From assembly GCA_963667845.2 (NCBI GenBank), contig CAXXVL010000001.1, positions 579,761 to 643,760 on the forward strand: DNA of 64,000 bases, given 5' to 3'. Below are positions 19,605 to 28,949 of the stretch, piece after piece (the stretch's first letter is position 1; every line of letters starts with the position of its first letter). The stretch is from Smithellaceae bacterium. GTDB taxonomy: Bacteria; Desulfobacterota; Syntrophia; Syntrophales; Smithellaceae. A model generated the notes under the pieces. It ran no database searches. It was given only the letters and a program-made list of their open reading frames with translations, and was not told the origin of the DNA. The translations under genes and the position numbers were made by a program.

Positions 19605-20267
19605 ATGGATCAACATCAGGAAGGAAAAATCTTGAAATATTATCCGGTCTTTTGGGACATCACCGGGAAGAAATGCGTCGTGATCGGCGGCGGCGATGTG
19701 GCAGCCAGAAAAGTTGCGCGCCTGTTGGATTGCGGTGCAAAAGTCTGCGTGGTGAGCCCCAAACTTGTTGCGGAGCTTGTCCGTCTGAAAGACGACCGAT
19801 TGATCGAACATGTCAACGATGACTATGCGCGCGAGCAGCTTTACGGAGCGGCGCTGGTCATCGGTGCGACGGATGATGAAAAAACCAATGCCGCGGTTTC
19901 GCGCGACGCCAAAGCCAGGGGTATTCCGGTTAATATCGTTGATGATCCGCAAAAATGTGATTTCATTTTACCATCGCTTGTCGAACGCGGCGATCTGACG
20001 ATCGCCTGCGGCACCGGCGGCGCTTCTCCGGCGCTGGCGCGCCACTTGCGCGAGGAGCTTGAAAATACCTATGGAGAAGAATATGCGACGCTTATCGATA
20101 TCCTCGGCAAGCTGAGAGGCAGGATGGAGAAGAATGCGGGTTTGGGCAAGCTCTGGTTTGACGGTCTCCTGGCGGCAGGCTTGCTCGACGCCATCCGCGT
20201 GAAGGACCAAAGCCGCGTGAAGAAGATCGTTCATGATGTTACAGGCGAGGAGGTGGGGCTTGATTAG
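19605..20267 (+). CDS. Precorrin-2 dehydrogenase / sirohydrochlorin ferrochelatase (CysG N-terminal type, SirC/Met8-like)
   Basis: 220 aa. Rossmann motif 'VVIGGGDVAARKV' and layout typical of siroheme synthase N-terminal domains. Located at the head of the hem cluster. Confidence 0.8.
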   Translation: MDQHQEGKILKYYPVFWDITGKKCVVIGGGDVAARKVARLLDCGAKVCVVSPKLVAELVRLKDDRLIEHVNDDYAREQLYGAALVIGATDDEKTNAAVSRDAKARGIPVNIVDDPQKCDFILPSLVERGDLTIACGTGGASPALARHLREELENTYGEEYATLIDILGKLRGRMEKNAGLGKLWFDGLLAAGLLDAIRVKDQSRVKKIVHDVTGEEVGLD

Positions 20268-21084
20268 TTTGGAAATCATTTTGTTCGCGGCGGCCCTCGG
20301 CTTCTGCGTATTGGCTACCGCCGGGTACCTGCTTTCCCTGCTCGGCAAGAAAGCGACGCTCGCCGGGATATCCACCTGGGTTCTGGCAGCGGGCTTTATT
20401 CTCCTGACGCTCTATCTGCTGGTTGCGGCCATGCATCGGGCCGGGTGGGACAACTTCGGTTCGCGCTATTTTCTGTCGGTCTACGCCTGGGCGATTGCCG
20501 GGATTTACCTGGGAACGCAATTTAAAACCGGGACCCGGTTGCTGGGCGCTTTCATCGCGCCGTTCATTTTATTATTTCTGATTGCCGCTGCGGGCCAGGG
20601 TGCAGGCAGGAATCTTGTGCCGCTCCAGTGGCAGGGCGGACTCACGGCGGCGCACCTGGTGCTGGCCATTGCCGGAGAGGCGCTCTTTGTCCTGGCCTCG
20701 GCCGCCGGGGCGATGTTCCTGGTTCAAAACAGCCTTTTGAAACATAAGAAACTGGGGGCGCTCGGCCGGTTGCTGCCCTCGCTCAATGATTTGGATCGGC
20801 TCAATCATCTGGGGCTTTTGTGGGGATTTCCCCTGCTGACGCTGGGGCTGATCGGGGGCGCCGTTTACGCCGCCTTTGTCTGGGGAGGCCTGTGGCCTGC
20901 CGATCCGAAAGTGATCTGGGCTTTTGCGGTCTGGGTGGTTTACGGCTTCCTCCTGCATCAGCGTCTGGCCATCGGCTGGAAAGGTTCCCGGATGGCTGTC
21001 CTGTCGGGCCTGGCCTTCCTCTTTTTTGTGTTGTCCACGCTGGTCGTCAGATTTTGTTTCGCCACCGTGCATAATTTTATTTGA
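20233..21084 (+). CDS. CcsA-family membrane protein (HemX-like, hemA-associated)
   Basis: Polytopic, with Trp-rich motif 'WGGLWPADPKVIWAFAVW'. Sits directly upstream of hemA, as B. subtilis hemX does. The true start may be the TTG at about 20259, after 'gaggagg'. Confidence 0.75.
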   Translation: MMLQARRWGLISLEIILFAAALGFCVLATAGYLLSLLGKKATLAGISTWVLAAGFILLTLYLLVAAMHRAGWDNFGSRYFLSVYAWAIAGIYLGTQFKTGTRLLGAFIAPFILLFLIAAAGQGAGRNLVPLQWQGGLTAAHLVLAIAGEALFVLASAAGAMFLVQNSLLKHKKLGALGRLLPSLNDLDRLNHLGLLWGFPLLTLGLIGGAVYAAFVWGGLWPADPKVIWAFAVWVVYGFLLHQRLAIGWKGSRMAVLSGLAFLFFVLSTLVVRFCFATVHNFI

Positions 21085-21088
21085 GACT

Positions 21089-22351
21089 ATGATTGCACTT
21101 GTCGGATTAAACCATAGAACGGCGCCGCTTGCCGTGCGCGAACGACTCTTTGCCGGATGCCAGGAGCGGGAGAATATTCTCGCCGATCTGCTGGCGCAAG
21201 ACGGCGTGCGGGAAATTCTGCACCTCTCCACCTGCAACCGCATTGAGATCGTTGCAGCGACGGATCAGGCCCAGGGAGCAATCCATGGACTCAAATCTTA
21301 TCTGGCAGGCCGGGGCGGTTTGACGGCTGAGGAAGCGGCGAACTGCCTTTACGCATATCAGGACGAGGAGGCGATCCGGCATTTGTTCCGCGTGACGTCC
21401 AGTCTGGATTCGCTGGTCATGGGCGAGGCGCAGATTCTGGGTCAGGTCAAGGACGCTTACCGGCAGGCGCTTACGCAAAACGTCACGGGCATAGCGCTCA
21501 ATCGCCTGATGCACCGGGCCTTCCGTACGGCCAAACGCGTGCGGACGGAAACGGGCATTGCGGCCAATCCGGTATCGGTGAGCTTTGCCGCAGTCGAACT
21601 GGCCAAGAAAATATTCGGTACGCTCGCCGGTAAAAAGATTCTGGTGATCGGTGCGGGGGAGATGGCGGAGCTCACGTGCACGCATTTGATCGGGAACGGC
21701 GCCGAAGAAATCACTGTTGCCAACCGGTCTGTGACCCAGGCCGAGGTGCTTGCCGAAAAATATCACGGTAAAGCCGTAGGGCTTGCCGCTCTTGACGAAG
21801 CGCTGTGTGATGCTGATATTGTGATCAGTTCCACCGGCGCGCCGTCCTTTGTGATCACTGCGGACATGATTCGGCACTGCCTGCGCAAGCGGAAGAACCG
21901 TCTTTTGTTTTTAGTCGATATCGCCGTGCCGCGCGACATCGATCCCGCGGTGGACGGCATTGAAAATGTCTACCTTTACAATATCGATAATTTGCAGGAC
22001 ATTGTCGACGAGAATATCAAGAATCGCCGCCGCGAGTCGCTCAAGGCCGAGCAGATTGTTGTTGAGGAAGTGGCGCAGTATTTGAGCTGGCTTAAGGAAC
22101 TCGACGCGGTTCCGACGATTGTGTCCCTGCGGGGCAAGGCCGAAGGGATTGTGCGGATGGAGCTTATGAAAGCGGGAAGCTGGATGGGAAATCTGGCCAA
22201 CACAGACCGCGAAAAAATCGAAGCGCTGGTGAACGGCATCGTGAACAAGATCCTGCATGCGCCGATGACCGCGATGAAGGAAGAAAGCGCCGAGTTCAAA
22301 TCTCGTGATATTGTGGCCGCCGCGAGGCAGCTGTTTAAACTGGATGATTGA
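21089..22351 (+). CDS. hemA: Glutamyl-tRNA reductase
   Basis: 'MIALVGLNHRTAPLAVRE', catalytic Cys motif 'HLSTCNRIE' and NADPH motif 'VIGAGEMAEL'. The start was moved from 20924 to the in-frame ATG at 21089. Confidence 0.93.
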   Translation: MIALVGLNHRTAPLAVRERLFAGCQERENILADLLAQDGVREILHLSTCNRIEIVAATDQAQGAIHGLKSYLAGRGGLTAEEAANCLYAYQDEEAIRHLFRVTSSLDSLVMGEAQILGQVKDAYRQALTQNVTGIALNRLMHRAFRTAKRVRTETGIAANPVSVSFAAVELAKKIFGTLAGKKILVIGAGEMAELTCTHLIGNGAEEITVANRSVTQAEVLAEKYHGKAVGLAALDEALCDADIVISSTGAPSFVITADMIRHCLRKRKNRLLFLVDIAVPRDIDPAVDGIENVYLYNIDNLQDIVDENIKNRRRESLKAEQIVVEEVAQYLSWLKELDAVPTIVSLRGKAEGIVRMELMKAGSWMGNLANTDREKIEALVNGIVNKILHAPMTAMKEESAEFKSRDIVAAARQLFKLDD

Positions 22352-22413
22352 TGATCGGGAACTTTCCCTGCACAGTCCCTCCCCTCCCGGGGAGGAAATG
22401 AATAGGAATTATT

Positions 22414-23328
22414 ATGCATATTAAAATAGGAACACGCGGCAGCAAGCTGGCGCTCGCGCAAACCCACTCGGTGGTTGATCAATTAAAAAAAGTCATTCCG
22501 GAAATCGCAGCCGAGGTCACCGTGATTAAGACCAGCGGCGACATCATGCAGGATGTGTCGCTCATGCAAATCGGCGGCCAGGGCGTCTTTGTCAAGGAAA
22601 TTGAAGAAGCGCTCCTTTCCGGAAGCATCGATCTGGCCGTCCACAGCATGAAAGACGTTCCGGGCGACATCCCGGAGAGGTTGACCTTTGCCGCCGTTCT
22701 GCAGCGGGAAGATGTCCGCGACGTTCTGGTATCGCGCGGCAATGTCAAGTTGGAGTTTCTGCCCAGAGGCGCCAGGATCGGTACGGGTTCGCTGAGAAGA
22801 GGTGCACAAATACAGTCGATTCTGCCCGATGTAACCATTATGCCGTTGCGCGGCAATATCGACACGCGGCTCAAAAAGATTGAAACGGAAAATCTCACCG
22901 GTGTCATTCTGGCGGCGGCAGGCATGAAACGGCTGGGGTATGCTCAGGTGATTTCGCAATTTCTGCCGATTGAATTGATGCTGCCGGCGGTAGGACAGGG
23001 GGCTCTGGGTTTGCAGATCCGGGAAACCGATACAGACCTGTTCAAGGTTCTGGCAAAGCTCAATCATGTTCCCACGGCCACGGAAGTTGCCGCAGAGCGG
23101 TCCTATCTCAGAGCGCTGGGCGGCGGATGCCGTCTGCCGATTGCGGCTTACGGTCTCATCGAAGGCGGCCGCTTGACGCTGGAAGGCCTGGTCGCAGCGC
23201 CGAACGGTGCAAGCGTTGTCCGGGATAAAGTCTGGGGCGAGCTTAATGATGCCGAAGCAATGGGCAAAAGACTGGCCGACATGATCATGGAAAAGGGCGG
23301 CAAGAAACTGCTGGATCTGGTGTGCTAG
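22414..23328 (+). CDS. hemC: Porphobilinogen deaminase (hydroxymethylbilane synthase)
   Basis: 'IKIGTRGSKLALAQ', 'HSMKDVP' and cofactor Cys 'GGGCRLPIAAY'. Confidence 0.93.
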   Translation: MHIKIGTRGSKLALAQTHSVVDQLKKVIPEIAAEVTVIKTSGDIMQDVSLMQIGGQGVFVKEIEEALLSGSIDLAVHSMKDVPGDIPERLTFAAVLQREDVRDVLVSRGNVKLEFLPRGARIGTGSLRRGAQIQSILPDVTIMPLRGNIDTRLKKIETENLTGVILAAAGMKRLGYAQVISQFLPIELMLPAVGQGALGLQIRETDTDLFKVLAKLNHVPTATEVAAERSYLRALGGGCRLPIAAYGLIEGGRLTLEGLVAAPNGASVVRDKVWGELNDAEAMGKRLADMIMEKGGKKLLDLVC

Positions 23329-23345
23329 GTTGAGCAACACTTCGA

Positions 23346-23388
23346 CGTCATTCCTGCGAATATCTTAATGGTTACGAGTGCGGGAATG
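23346..23388 (+). repeat. Hairpin repeat unit U1 ('cgtcattcctgcgaa[19-nt loop insert]gcgggaatg')
   Basis: Same stem as U2/U3 (attcc(t/c)gc ... gcgggaat) but with 'tatcttaatggttacgagt' inserted in the loop. Confidence 0.7.
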
Positions 23389-23417
23389 CAAAATAATGGG
23401 GAAGGACCAGAAGCCTC

Positions 23418-23814
23418 GTCATTCCCGCGAAGGCGGGAATCCAGTTTTCTTGATGGTTTTGCTTATGCAACATTCTTATGTTTACATTTTGGCAAGTCAG
23501 AAAAATGGTACTTTGTACGTAGGCGTCACGAGTGATTTGGCCAAACGCATTTATGAACATAAAAATGACTTGATCGATGGATTTTCAAAAAAATATAATA
23601 TTCATGACCTCGTATATTATGAAGTGCATAATGAAATCGAAGAAGCGATTACCAGAGAGAAACAAATCAAGAAATGGAACAGAAACTGGAGACTGAGATT
23701 GATAGAGGAAAGAAATCCCGGATGGAAAGATTTGTATGATGAAATTATTTAGTAACTGCTCGCGCTCTCGCGCAAAATATTTATTCCTGGATTCCCGCCT
23801 TCGCGGGAATGACG
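23418..23814 (+). mobile_element. GIY-YIG cassette 1: small nuclease ORF bounded by perfect 28-nt inverted repeats
   Basis: 'cgtcattcccgcgaaggcgggaatccag' at 23418-23445 is the exact reverse complement of 23787-23814. Each arm is itself an 8-bp-stem GAAG-loop hairpin. The interior is AT-rich relative to the flanking hem genes. No target-site duplication could be verified, so mobility is inferred. Confidence 0.5.
23465..23752 (+). CDS. GIY-YIG nuclease family protein (COG2827 / YhbQ-like, ~95 aa)
   Basis: 'SYVYILASQKNGTLYVGVTSDLAKRIYEHKN...FSKKYNIHDLVYYE...REKQIKKWNR'. The ORF-track start at 23378 merely translates the upstream hairpin ('RHSREGGNP'). Confidence 0.85.
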   Translation: MQHSYVYILASQKNGTLYVGVTSDLAKRIYEHKNDLIDGFSKKYNIHDLVYYEVHNEIEEAITREKQIKKWNRNWRLRLIEERNPGWKDLYDEII

Positions 23815-23827
23815 CAGTTGGTGCAAT

Positions 23828-25372
23828 ATGACCGAGAAAATAAAACCGGGGAAAGTCTATATTATCGGGGCGGGGCCGGGCGACCCGGGACTTATTACGA
23901 TTAAAGCCGTCGAGTGCCTGCGCCTGGCGGATGTCGTGATTTACGACAATCTGGTGAATGAAGACCTGCTGAAATACGCGAAGGCGACAGCCCGCTTTAT
24001 CTACGCGGGAAAGAAGGGCGGCGATCATACGCTGTCGCAGGATAAGATCAATGAACTGCTGGCCCGGGAGGCCCTGGCCGGCAATACCGTTGCCCGTCTC
24101 AAGGGCGGCGATCCGTTTATCTTCGGGCGCGGCGGCGAAGAAGCCGAAGTGCTGGTGGGTGAGGGCGTTCCCTTTGAAGTCATCCCGGGCGTCACGTCGG
24201 CGATCGCGGTTCCCGCTTACGCGGGCATTCCGCTCACGCATCGCGGGCTCACGTCGACGGTGGCCTTTATCACCGGCCACGAAGATCCGACCAAGGAGCA
24301 AAGCGATATCGACTGGCAGGCGCTCGTCGGCATCGGCACACTGGTCTTTCTGATGGGTGTGAAGAATCTCGGGCAGATCGCCGGAGCGCTGATCTCGCGC
24401 GGCAAGCCGCCTGATACGCCGGCGGCATTGATTCGCCGCGGGACGACGCCGCATCAACAAATCCTCGCCGGAACATTGGCCACCATTGTTGACCTGGCGC
24501 GGACCAATGAATTCAAGCCTCCGGCCATTCTCGTGGTAGGTCCGGTTGTTGACCTGAGAGAAACGCTCCGCTGGTTTGATACCAAACCGCTTTTCGGCAA
24601 AGGCGTCGTTATCACGAGACCCGAGCGGCAGGCCGATGATCTGGCGTCTCTTCTTGCGGCCGAGGGCGCAAGTCCCATTCCTTTTCCAACGATCAGTATT
24701 GAACCGCCTTCCGGCTGGAGCGAACTGGATCGCGCCATCGGGGAATTGGAATCCTATGAGTGGCTGATTTTCACCAGCGCCAACGGCGTCCACTTCTTCT
24801 TTAAGCGGCTCAAGGAAATTGGCGGGGACGTCCGTGACCTGAAAGGGATCAAAATATGCTGCATCGGTCCGGCCACGGCGAAACAGATTGAAGACCGGGG
24901 TATCAGGGTGGATCTGATGCCCGATGAGTTCATCGCCGAAGGCATTTTGAAATCGTTTGCACCGATGGACTTGCGGGGAATGAAGATTCTGATTCCGCGC
25001 GCCGCCAAAGCCCGAGACATCCTGCCCGAGACGCTGAAAAAGCAGGGAGCCCTTGTGGAGGTCGTGACCGCGTATCAGACGGTCAGCTCCGGACGAAAGA
25101 AAGAAGAGCTCGCGGAAAGAATCGACGCGGGTGACGTGGATGTGATCACCTTCACCAGTTCATCGACGGTGACCAACTTTATCGACATCATGGGTAAGGA
25201 CTACGCGCTGCCGCCGGGCGTGAAAATCGCCTGCATCGGCCCGGTAACGGCGGCAACCGCCAAAAAGGCAGGCTTTAAGGTCGATATTCAGCAGGAGGAA
25301 TACACGATGGAGGGCCTGGTGCACTCCCTCGTCAATTATTTTCAAAACGAATCGTCAAGCAGGGACGAGTAA
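23828..25372 (+). CDS. Uroporphyrinogen-III C-methyltransferase / uroporphyrinogen-III synthase fusion (CobA-HemD)
   Basis: N-terminal SUMT motifs '[15 protein letters not shown]' and '[16 protein letters not shown]'. The C-terminal ~250 aa have the HemD-like two-lobe pattern. Confidence 0.9.
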   Translation: MTEKIKPGKVYIIGAGPGDPGLITIKAVECLRLADVVIYDNLVNEDLLKYAKATARFIYAGKKGGDHTLSQDKINELLAREALAGNTVARLKGGDPFIFGRGGEEAEVLVGEGVPFEVIPGVTSAIAVPAYAGIPLTHRGLTSTVAFITGHEDPTKEQSDIDWQALVGIGTLVFLMGVKNLGQIAGALISRGKPPDTPAALIRRGTTPHQQILAGTLATIVDLARTNEFKPPAILVVGPVVDLRETLRWFDTKPLFGKGVVITRPERQADDLASLLAAEGASPIPFPTISIEPPSGWSELDRAIGELESYEWLIFTSANGVHFFFKRLKEIGGDVRDLKGIKICCIGPATAKQIEDRGIRVDLMPDEFIAEGILKSFAPMDLRGMKILIPRAAKARDILPETLKKQGALVEVVTAYQTVSSGRKKEELAERIDAGDVDVITFTSSSTVTNFIDIMGKDYALPPGVKIACIGPVTAATAKKAGFKVDIQQEEYTMEGLVHSLVNYFQNESSSRDE

Positions 25373-25381
25373 GGCAAAGAT

Positions 25382-26569
25382 ATGATCGGTATTTCGAAAT
25401 TATACTGCGGGGCGGTGGAGCCGTCCGATGTGCTGCGCTATAACAGGTATTCGGGCAAGCTTCCGTCGCATCTGCTGCAGTTTTCATCGGACAAGAAACC
25501 GGTGGTGGTCTGGAACATGACGCGCCGCTGCAATTTGAAATGCATCCACTGCTATTCCAATTCCGCCAATGTCGATTACCCCGATGAGTTGACCACCGAG
25601 GAAGGCAAAAGGATGATTGATGACCTCGCGGCGTTCGGCGCTCCGGTCATCCTGTTCTCCGGCGGTGAGCCGCTCATGCGGCAAGACCTCCTGGAGCTCG
25701 CTCAATATGCGACGGACAAGGGCATGCGCGCGGTGATTTCCACCAACGGCACGCTCATTACCAAAGAGATCGCGACCGAACTCAAAAAAATCGGCCTGTC
25801 GTATGTGGGCGTGAGCCTCGACGGCCTGCAAAAAACCCACGACTGTTTCCGCGGCACGAAAGGCGCGTTTGAAAAAGCGATCGAAGGTATTCGCAACTGC
25901 CGCGACGCCGGCATCAAGGTCGGGCTCAGGTTCACGGTGAATAAGCACAATCTGGCCGATGTCGCTGCTATGTTCGACTTGCTGAGGCGCGAAAAAATCG
26001 AACGCCTGTGTTTCTATCATCTCGTTTACACGGGCCGCGGCTCCAAACTGCGCGAGGAGGACCTGACCCATGAAGAGGCGCGGAAGCTTCTGGATCTCAT
26101 CGCCGCAAAAACGAAAGAAATGTTCGACGACGGACTGGCGCCGGAAATCCTGACCGTTGATAACCACGCCGACGGCCCGTATCTGTATCTGAAAATGAGG
26201 GAAGAAAATCCGGCCCGGGCCTGCGAGGTTCTGGAGCTTCTGGAGATGAATGAAGGCAATTCATCGGGCCAGGGCATCGGCTGTGTGAGCTGGGACGGTG
26301 AAGTGTATCCCGACCAATTCTGGCGCAATCAGCCGCTCGGAAATGTCCGGCAAAAACCGTTCAGTCAAATATGGACAGACGAGACCAATGAATTCCTGAT
26401 GAAACTGAAGGATAAGAAAAAACACGTCCACGGACGCTGCGCCTCGTGCGCGTGGCTCACGGTCTGCGGCGGCAATTTCCGCGCGCGGGCCGAATCGGCG
26501 GGCGACGTCTGGGGGCCGGATCCGGCCTGTTATTTGACGGATGAAGAAATATCGACAAGGGAGGTCTAG
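25382..26569 (+). CDS. NirJ-like radical SAM/SPASM enzyme of the alternative haem pathway (AhbD- or AhbC-type)
   Basis: 'CNLKCIHCY' (Cx3Cx2C) and a C-terminal Cys cluster 'GRCASCAWLTVCGG'. Embedded among hem genes. I cannot separate AhbC from AhbD without alignment. Confidence 0.8.
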   Translation: MIGISKLYCGAVEPSDVLRYNRYSGKLPSHLLQFSSDKKPVVVWNMTRRCNLKCIHCYSNSANVDYPDELTTEEGKRMIDDLAAFGAPVILFSGGEPLMRQDLLELAQYATDKGMRAVISTNGTLITKEIATELKKIGLSYVGVSLDGLQKTHDCFRGTKGAFEKAIEGIRNCRDAGIKVGLRFTVNKHNLADVAAMFDLLRREKIERLCFYHLVYTGRGSKLREEDLTHEEARKLLDLIAAKTKEMFDDGLAPEILTVDNHADGPYLYLKMREENPARACEVLELLEMNEGNSSGQGIGCVSWDGEVYPDQFWRNQPLGNVRQKPFSQIWTDETNEFLMKLKDKKKHVHGRCASCAWLTVCGGNFRARAESAGDVWGPDPACYLTDEEISTREV

Positions 26570-26572
26570 ATT

Positions 26573-27547
26573 ATGCAATTTCCTGAATACCGGGGACGCC
26601 GGTTGAGAAAGAATGAAAACCTGAGACGTCTGGTTCGTGAGACGAAGTTAAGCGTGGATCATCTCGTTTACCCGCTGTTTGCGGTTCCCGGGAAGAGCGT
26701 AAAGAAGCCGATTAATTCGATGCCGGGCCAGTTCCAGATGTCCGTGGATTATATCGCGAAGGAAGCGCGGGAGGCTTTTGACCTGGGTATTCCGGCGATT
26801 TTGCTTTTCGGCCTTCCCTCCAAAAAGGATGAGCAGGGAAGCGGCGCCTTTGCCAAGGAAGGCATTGTGCAGCAGGCGGTGAGACGCGTCAAAAATGAAG
26901 TCCCGGACATCGTCGTGATCACCGATGTCTGCCTGTGTGAATACACAAGCCACGGCCATTGCGGCATTATCGAAAAAGGCCAGGTGCACAACGACATGAC
27001 GCTCGACGTGCTGGCGGAAACGGCTCTGTCCCAGGCGAAAGCCGGCGCGGATATGGTCGCGCCGTCGGCCATGATGGACGGACAAATTGCGGCGATCCGC
27101 GAAGTGCTCGATGAAAACGCCATGGAAGACATTCCGATCATGGCGTATTGTGCAAAATACGCATCGTCTTTCTACGGACCTTTTCGGGAGGCGGCCGAGA
27201 GTACGCCGCAGTTCGGCGACCGTAAAGCCTACCAGATGGATCCGGCCAATGCCGACGAGGCGATTCGGGAAATATCACTCGATGTCTCCGAAGGCGCGGA
27301 CATTATCATGGTGAAACCGGCGCTGCCTTACCTGGACGTCATCTGCCGGGCCAAGCAGGAATTCGATCTGCCACTTGCCGCGTATAACGTCAGCGGCGAA
27401 TATGCGATGATCAAAGCCGCGGCGCAATTGGGCTGGCTCGATGAAGAAAAAACCATGCTGGAGAGCCTCACCGCCATCAGACGGGCCGGTGCGGATATCA
27501 TTATCACCTACTGGGCCAAACAGCTGGCGCAGGTGTTGAAGCGCTGA
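26573..27547 (+). CDS. hemB: Porphobilinogen synthase (ALA dehydratase), Zn-type
   Basis: 'RRLR', Zn site '[14 protein letters not shown]' and Schiff-base Lys contexts '[10 protein letters not shown]' and '[10 protein letters not shown]'. Confidence 0.93.
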   Translation: MQFPEYRGRRLRKNENLRRLVRETKLSVDHLVYPLFAVPGKSVKKPINSMPGQFQMSVDYIAKEAREAFDLGIPAILLFGLPSKKDEQGSGAFAKEGIVQQAVRRVKNEVPDIVVITDVCLCEYTSHGHCGIIEKGQVHNDMTLDVLAETALSQAKAGADMVAPSAMMDGQIAAIREVLDENAMEDIPIMAYCAKYASSFYGPFREAAESTPQFGDRKAYQMDPANADEAIREISLDVSEGADIIMVKPALPYLDVICRAKQEFDLPLAAYNVSGEYAMIKAAAQLGWLDEEKTMLESLTAIRRAGADIIITYWAKQLAQVLKR

Positions 27548-27588
27548 CAGGGACTGCCAGCTTCAACGGAATGACGAAAAGATAGTAC

Positions 27589-28662
27589 ATGATGAAACCA
27601 TCGGTTATGTTTCCGTCCAAAGAAAATGCCGTTCGCATGATCGCGTGGGAAGTGACGCGCAGCTGCAACCTGAACTGCAAGCATTGCCGCGCCGCATCAC
27701 ACCTGGGGCCTTACCCGGGCGAACTGTCCACAGAACAATGCCTGCGGCTGATTGACGATATTGCCAGAGTGTCGAAACCGGTCATCATTCTGACGGGCGG
27801 CGAGCCGCTTTTGCGGCCGGACATTTTCGAGCTGGCCGCCTACGGGACCCAAAAAGGGCTGCGCATGGTTATGGCGACGAACGGGACGCTCGTGGATGAG
27901 GCCGTCGCGCGCAAGATGATTGCCGGCGGCATCCAGCGCGTCAGCATCAGCATCGACGGACCGGATGCAAAAAGCCATGACGATTTTCGTAATGAAGCGG
28001 GTGCTTTTTCCGGCGCGATGCGCGGCATCGAAGCCATGAAATCCGTGGGGATGGAGTTTCAGATTAACACGACGATCACCACGGCCAATCTGCACCAGAT
28101 TAAAGACATTCACGACCTGGCGCTCAGGATCGGCGCGGCGGCGCATCATATTTTCCTTCTGGTGCCCACAGGGCGGGGCAGGGATCTGGCACAGCAGGCC
28201 ATTACCGCTGCCGACTATGAAGAGACGCTGATGTGGTTTCACAAGGAGAGCCTGACCTGCGATATCCAGCTCAAGGCCACCTGCGCGCCTCACTATTTCC
28301 GCATTATGCACCAGAACAAACCCAAAGGGGCCAGGCCCGTCAAGAAAGCGGGCGGCCATTTTCACGAATCGACGAGAGGGTGTCTGGGCGGCATTTCGTT
28401 TTGCTTTGTTTCGCACGTCGGACAGGTGCAGCCCTGCGGCTATCTGGAGCTCGACTGCGGCAACGTGCAGAAACAAAGTTTTGGCGAGATCTGGGAAAGC
28501 TCGGAGGTTTTCTGCAATCTGCGCGATTATACTAAATACGGCGGCAAATGCGGCCGGTGCGAATTCATCAAGGTCTGCGGCGGCTGCCGGGCGCGGGCGT
28601 ATGAGGCGACGGGGGATTACCTATCCGAAGAACCCCTGTGCTTATATCAGCCAGGCTTTTGA
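27589..28662 (+). CDS. NirJ-like radical SAM/SPASM enzyme of the alternative haem pathway (AhbC- or AhbD-type)
   Basis: 'CNLNCKHC' and C-terminal 'GKCGRCEFIKVCGGCRARA'. Paralogue of 25382..26569. Confidence 0.8.
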   Translation: MMKPSVMFPSKENAVRMIAWEVTRSCNLNCKHCRAASHLGPYPGELSTEQCLRLIDDIARVSKPVIILTGGEPLLRPDIFELAAYGTQKGLRMVMATNGTLVDEAVARKMIAGGIQRVSISIDGPDAKSHDDFRNEAGAFSGAMRGIEAMKSVGMEFQINTTITTANLHQIKDIHDLALRIGAAAHHIFLLVPTGRGRDLAQQAITAADYEETLMWFHKESLTCDIQLKATCAPHYFRIMHQNKPKGARPVKKAGGHFHESTRGCLGGISFCFVSHVGQVQPCGYLELDCGNVQKQSFGEIWESSEVFCNLRDYTKYGGKCGRCEFIKVCGGCRARAYEATGDYLSEEPLCLYQPGF

Positions 28663-28776
28663 AAAATGCCCATCTGCTGCGTTTCCCTCGCCCTTCGTCA
28701 CTGCGGCGTATGGTACTATACGCCTCACTCCTCAGGACTCGGGGGCCTTGCATCCGGACATTTTTGAAAAGCCTGG
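28651..28776. repeat. Family-2 long imperfect palindrome P1 (~126 nt)
   Basis: The terminal arm 'ccaggcttttgaaaaatgccc' pairs with 'ggacatttttgaaaagcctgg' at 19 of 21 positions by hand. The left arm contains the stop codon (28660-28662) of the radical SAM gene. The interior carries 'caggactcgggggccttgcatc'. Confidence 0.75.
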
Positions 28777-28824
28777 AGGATGTATCGTATGTTAAAGGCA
28801 AACGCTGTTGATGCGGTTTCAATT

Positions 28825-28933
28825 CTCAGGACTCGCGCCGAACATCTCAGTACTCGAGTGCCCCTTGGGTATTTGAACAGCCTGATGGCAGTTCTTTGTC
28901 ATTGCGAAGCGCGCCGCGCGCTGTGGCAATCTC
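28825..28933 (+). repeat. Family-2 composite repeat H1
   Basis: Modules 'ctcaggactcg...', 'gggtatttgaacagcc' and the hairpin 'gtcattgcgaagcgcgccgcgcgctgtggcaatct'. Collinear with 33791-33905. Confidence 0.75.
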
Positions 28934-28949
28934 ATAGTATGGGAGAATA

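Noticed and set aside
23372-23560. ORF 23372..23560(-) ('...WIPAFAGMT...') and the 23378 start of the GIY-YIG ORF ('RHSREGGNP').
   Set aside because: Both are read-throughs of the 'attcccgcgaaggcgggaat' hairpin repeat. The conserved GIY-YIG domain begins at the ATG at 23465.
28406-28822. ORFs 28406..28795(+) and 28568..28822(-), downstream of and overlapping the radical SAM gene.
   Set aside because: They run through the family-2 palindrome P1. They are out of frame with the well-supported radical SAM gene and carry no motif.
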